From the NCBI GenBank assembly GCA_000708835.1, contig DF237040.1:148611-212610 (forward strand): a stretch of 64,000 bases of DNA, read 5' to 3'. The DNA comes from Klebsormidium nitens. Its lineage: Eukaryota > Plantae > Klebsormidiophyceae. The position numbers were made by a program, and so were the translations under genes. This document shows, in pieces, positions 59,701 through 64,000 of this stretch; the first letter of the stretch is position 1; each line of letters begins with the position of its first letter. Under the pieces are notes generated by a model. That model saw only the letters and a list, made by a program, of their open reading frames with translations. It did no database searches and was not told the origin of the DNA.

Positions 59701-62700
59701 TCGGAACGCAAAAGCAAATATTTGATACCTGCAGATCTGGCGGTTGAAAAGCAAAACGAGCAACAAACACGGCTTCAGATGCAGATAGCGCTGAGCGAAG
59801 GAGCTTGTCCGAACAATGTCACAGCCGTCTGAAAAGCCCCCACGACAGAGGAAACGGCGACCAGGAGGTTGAAACTGTGCAGAACACAAACACCCAATCA
59901 GTGCTCCGCTTTTGAGGCTTTGAAACAGCGTTGCAGAGAGTCCGTTTGGTCTGAAACAACATCAAACTTGTTGAGCGTCAAGACCTCCCCGGGGCTCCCG
60001 TCGCCGCTCAACAGACACAGTAAAGTGACAAGGATAAAGTCTCTGATTTGGAGATACGAAGTGCGCAGAAGACGAGAGCTGAAAGCCTGCCGGAAGAAGA
60101 GTCGTACGAGACACGGGGTTGTAGCGACTTACGATCCCTGGTAATTGTCCGACTTTTTGAGCAAGGCACGCTATGGTTCGAATTGGCTAACAAAGAGGAG
60201 CCGGCTTCAGCCCTGGCACAAAAGCGTTTTGAGCGTGACAGCTCGTCTCGAGGATCGTCACTGCCGGCTCGGGTCAGTAGATGGGGCAATCGAGCGACTT
60301 TGACAACAGGGAACGAACATTTGCACATAGAAGCGCATCCACCTTCACGTTCTTCTTTCAGATTGATTTGGACATCTCAACAGCACCCTTGCGCGTCTAG
60401 TGCCCTTAGCGGTTCTGGAACAGCAACCTTACGGGAGAAGGGACTAAGGGACTAAGGACATCAAGATTGGCGGCGGTATGATGGTAATTGCATGGGGCAA
60501 AAGCAACAAGCGGCTCGGAGTCCTGGTACGACCAGTCCATTGAGCTTCAAAGCTCAGGCGAAGATGCAATCATTGCCGCTGCCTGAATTACAACAGGGCT
60601 GGGTCCAACGAAAAGAAATCCAGGCTTCCGTAACCAAGCGGCGACACCCACCAATGCGGAGCTTTCCTGGCAATTGATTTTAAGAAAAAAGTTTAGAAGC
60701 AATCGATCCAGCAGCTCTCTTGCACATTCCAAAGAAGCTCCAGAGTCTGTCCAAGTTGCATATAACATCAGGCAGGAATGAGATTGTCACGCGTTTGGAA
60801 CACCTGGGCCTCAAACCGACCCAAACCCTGCCTCCGATGCAAAGACCTCAGCATAATTCGCGAGGAAAGTTCTCGGTCAAATGAGTGAACGTGGAGTGCT
60901 GTTCAACCGCAGGCTCTCTTTCACCAGCTAATATTGCTGACAGTACAACGGATGGATAGGACCTCGTCCTTGGTTGGTTGCATGTGCGAAGACCCTGGCT
61001 TTGGGCGGCATCAGAAAACTTGACCGAACCCGTTTTGAGCAAACGCTCATGTGGAAGCATATTCACTGCCAGCCCAGCTCTGTTGAGAATTGCCACTCAG
61101 AAGGTCACAAAAGGATGCGACCTTGGTAAGTGATTGCAGCTCAGAAAGTGTCCTTTTCGATGCTGAAGAGCGTGTGCGTACAAGAGAATTTCAGATAACC
61201 GAGGCTGAAGTCTCCGAAACAAAAGAGCAAAGAAGAAACCGCTGAGAATCGGTTTGTGGACTGCGCCACAGCGACAAGAGATTCACGACAGTGAAAGCGA
61301 GGAGATGTTTAGGCCTGTGCGCGCGTCATCCTAATGGAAAAACGGCCTTCGTATCGCGCAGCGCCGCCCATCAATCAGTAGCGTGCCCGCAAACGGCTTT
61401 GCTTCAGGACTATCGTCAGCAATCATGCAGAAGATCAAGCGCTTGCCTTAAAGCCAAGCAAAGCCTTCAAAATCCATAAGATGTCAGGGTTGGAAGCTGA
61501 TTCAGCAAAAGGGCCATGAAAGCATCTTTTCACTATCCCGAGATGGTACCCTGTCACAGTACGCGTCCTTGAACTACTGACTGACTCTTTGAATAATAAA
61601 AGTGTCAAATCTCACGGGAGCCTCTATCGAGCCTCCCAATGAATCACTTGAACAACAATTATCAGTGCCTCAGAAGCAGCCAGGCATCAAGAATGTGTCC
61701 CGAAGATGTCATGAGCAGATTATGCTCGTGCGAAAACGCCTCATTGCCGTGCCCCACTTCCAATGATCACCACATGAAGAGCAGGCTTGATATGGGCGGC
61801 CAACAAATCAACGCAGAGAGCCTTGTCTAAGTTAACGTTTTGGAAAGGTCAAGAAAATAGAAAAGAGAAAAGGGATGCCCTGAGGGCAAAAAGTCCGGAA
61901 CACTCCGCGAAAGACCAGGAAAGAATCGAAGTTGAGTATCTGCGATGAAGGGGCCAAGATGACCAGTTTGTGAGAAAAGCACACAGGATATGCGTGGCAG
62001 TATGATCACGCGAGCAGTTAACACTTGCAATGAAGGAACAAAGGTCAGCCAACTCTCACGCTTGCATCAGCTGGTGCCATTTGCTCAGCTTTTTCTCGCT
62101 GCCAAAGAACGGGAACACTTCCAGAAGCGACCAGAAAAATGGTGATGTAATCAAGCCTGACGCGGTTGAAAGGTGGTCGAGCAATTGCACCCGTTCCATC
62201 TTCAGAGAAAAAAGCTCCGCGCCAGACCTACCTCCAACAGCATCCTGTCCGACGGCGTCAGCGGATCTTCCTCCTGCACCGGGGGCGGCTTCTGCGGTTC
62301 TTCCTCCTTCCCCCTCCCTATTTCCGCCCCAGCATGATTCCCCCTCGGCCGCCTCTTTACTTCCGCTCTCTTCCCCCCAACTGACAGCTTGTATCGCTTT
62401 TGCAGCTTGACAGAGGTCCCCTCCTGAGCGCCCCCGGTGTCAGTGCCCCGAGACTGCGGCTGAGAGCTGCTGGGGTTGACACGGATTTGGGGTTCGCTGC
62501 GCTGGGGGAGAGTCGCCTGGCCGCTGGCGACCAGTTCCTCGGGAGTGGCGCGACGAGCTGTTTGTTGGACGGTCGGCAGAAGCGCCGAGATCTACGGTGG
62601 GGGGAAGATGATCAGACAACGCTTTCAGAAAATAGTGATAGCACCTCCAGCATCTGCTTGGAAAGGAATGAAGCCATCAAGCCCCGAAGGCCATAGGCTT

Positions 62701-63751
62701 GACTATTCGTCCCCAGTACTCCCAAAGACGCATCCTGGAGTTGTGCAGATTTGCTTTTACTCAAAATGGGCAAGTTTGAAAACAGCTGGACAAATCTACT
62801 TGAATCTTTGAACATCTTGAATCGTTTTGTATCTAACAAAACGACGGCAATAGCCAAACTAATGCAAGTGATGCACGATGTGCAAGAGTCACTTGAAGCG
62901 CTGCTTCAGAAGATCCTCATAAGGTGCTCGAAAGGGCATTCTGACATGGCAGTGGAATGGTGGACATCTTTGAAAGGCTTTTTGAGTGGGGCACTAGCAG
63001 TCAAAGGCAGTCCTCCAAATGGCGACACATCTCACAAGGTTAAAAACTGGGTGAAGTAGGTAGCCGAAAGCCAACCGTTGCAGCATTCAACAAAGTTTCG
63101 AAATTCAGTCAAGAATGGCTGGTGCCCCTTTCTCACAACTTTGCGGAAGGGGCAAAGGCAAAGCAGACGGTCCGGTTTGAAACCTCGTCCCATACCTCTT
63201 GGGCCAAGAAATGTTGGTCACGTCAAGGCAGCCATGAGTAGGAGAACAGCTTATAAGCGAGTGTCACCAAAGACTGGACCCACATTTCGGGGTTTCCATT
63301 GAAGAGCTCAAGTTCTCATGTTGCCATCCGTCACACTTGTCGGCCTGTTTCGACCTCCCATATGACACGGGTGGTGACAGGGTGGTGACAGAGGCGTTGA
63401 CCACGCCCTGCTTGCAATCATTCCTGCCAGTGTAAACAAAGTGCATATTGCTTCATAAGTCTTTGTCAAGGCTGAAAAGGCAGTTTCAAACCGCACGTGC
63501 ATGCGTCTGAATGTGAGACGTGAAACTTGACTGTTCCTCAAATCAGGGAGTAAAGCAAAATCTAAACGTAGAAGGCGTGGGAACGGCCACCTCACCTCAA
63601 TGCTGTAGGCAGTCCACTCGTCCTCATCGTCGAGGGGCGCGAGAGGACCCAGACCATAGAGTCCGGTTAGTCCTATGTAAATGAGTAGCGAAAGAGTGAC
63701 CACCAACACGTACACCACTCCACGCCCTTTCAGAAACCCCGGGAGTTCCAT
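53718..63751 (-). CDS. Glycosyltransferase family 61 (DUF563) type II membrane protein
   Basis: Exons 63751-63596 (TM VVYVLVVTLSLLIYIGLTGL), 62591-62232, 57068-56883, 56157-55889 and 55302-53718, all in phase. Motifs: CNRSNPRSDVC..RGNV, LVPLILTS..YDREVVFL, CFPELVIGL, RRIINE, DVFAGVHNSMLANFLFMRAGSVLLQIVPF, GLKYIEYE..ESSL. Linking the first two exons across the 5.2-kb intron is inferred from phase and topology. Confidence 0.85.
56158..56882 (-). repeat. GT61 intron made largely of three acceptor echoes and two donor-side echoes
   Basis: The motif gactccaagaccttccagatgtttgcg recurs on the minus strand in about 56250-56325, 56400-56475 and 56480-56560. The motif tgcaaccggagcaa recurs in about 56615-56685 and 56740-56798. 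Confidence 0.95.
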
Positions 63752-64000
63752 GTTTTGATGCACCGCAAGCTAGCTTCCCACTCATCAGCACGTCAGCATG
63801 AGTTTGGAGCTCAGCTCCGTAAGGTTCTACGCTTGAGGTACATGACAGTTAAGATATGTACAGCAGATCTGAGCATTTCCACCGCCAAGGAGTCCAACGA
63901 CCATCATCCAGCACAAAGATCTTCTCAAACCTTTACAGCGCCCCTGCTGTTGCACAATTGAAAGAAAGGTGTGCACATTGACAATGAAGAGCAAGTGACA

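Noticed and set aside
63308-63763. Stand-alone 151-aa membrane protein
   Set aside because: It is better explained as GT61 exon 1 (donor GAG|GTGAG at 63596) with read-through into the intron.
1-64000. tRNA, rRNA or prokaryotic operon/defence systems
   Set aside because: None were recognisable by eye, and the gene structure is spliceosomal throughout. Small ncRNAs cannot be excluded without a covariance search.

Overview
Eukaryotic, intron-rich genomic DNA with plant-type genes. It is most likely a streptophyte alga such as Klebsormidium; this is inferred from gene content and splice style, not verified. Manual splicing (GT/AG sites plus codon phase) gives eight genes: VPS37 (-, 3' exon not found), APC6/CDC16 (+, 13 exons), a 118-aa secreted 8-Cys peptide precursor (+), a large kinase-less single-pass membrane protein (+), a double-domain ZIP transporter (+), a DUF1005 protein (+), an ATD-less glutamate-receptor-like channel (-) and a GT61 glycosyltransferase (-). 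There is also a 265-bp TA-flanked MITE. The most striking unexplained structure is a recurrent set of 'exon echoes'. In four unrelated genes, the introns flanking many exons hold 1-4 tandem, decayed copies of the adjacent splice junction plus the first or last 40-85 nt of that exon, spaced about 70-200 bp apart. Many keep the AG or GT, some were copied from other echoes, and several differ from the real exon mostly at synonymous sites. Upstream regions share GTAC clusters and a CTGACTC motif.
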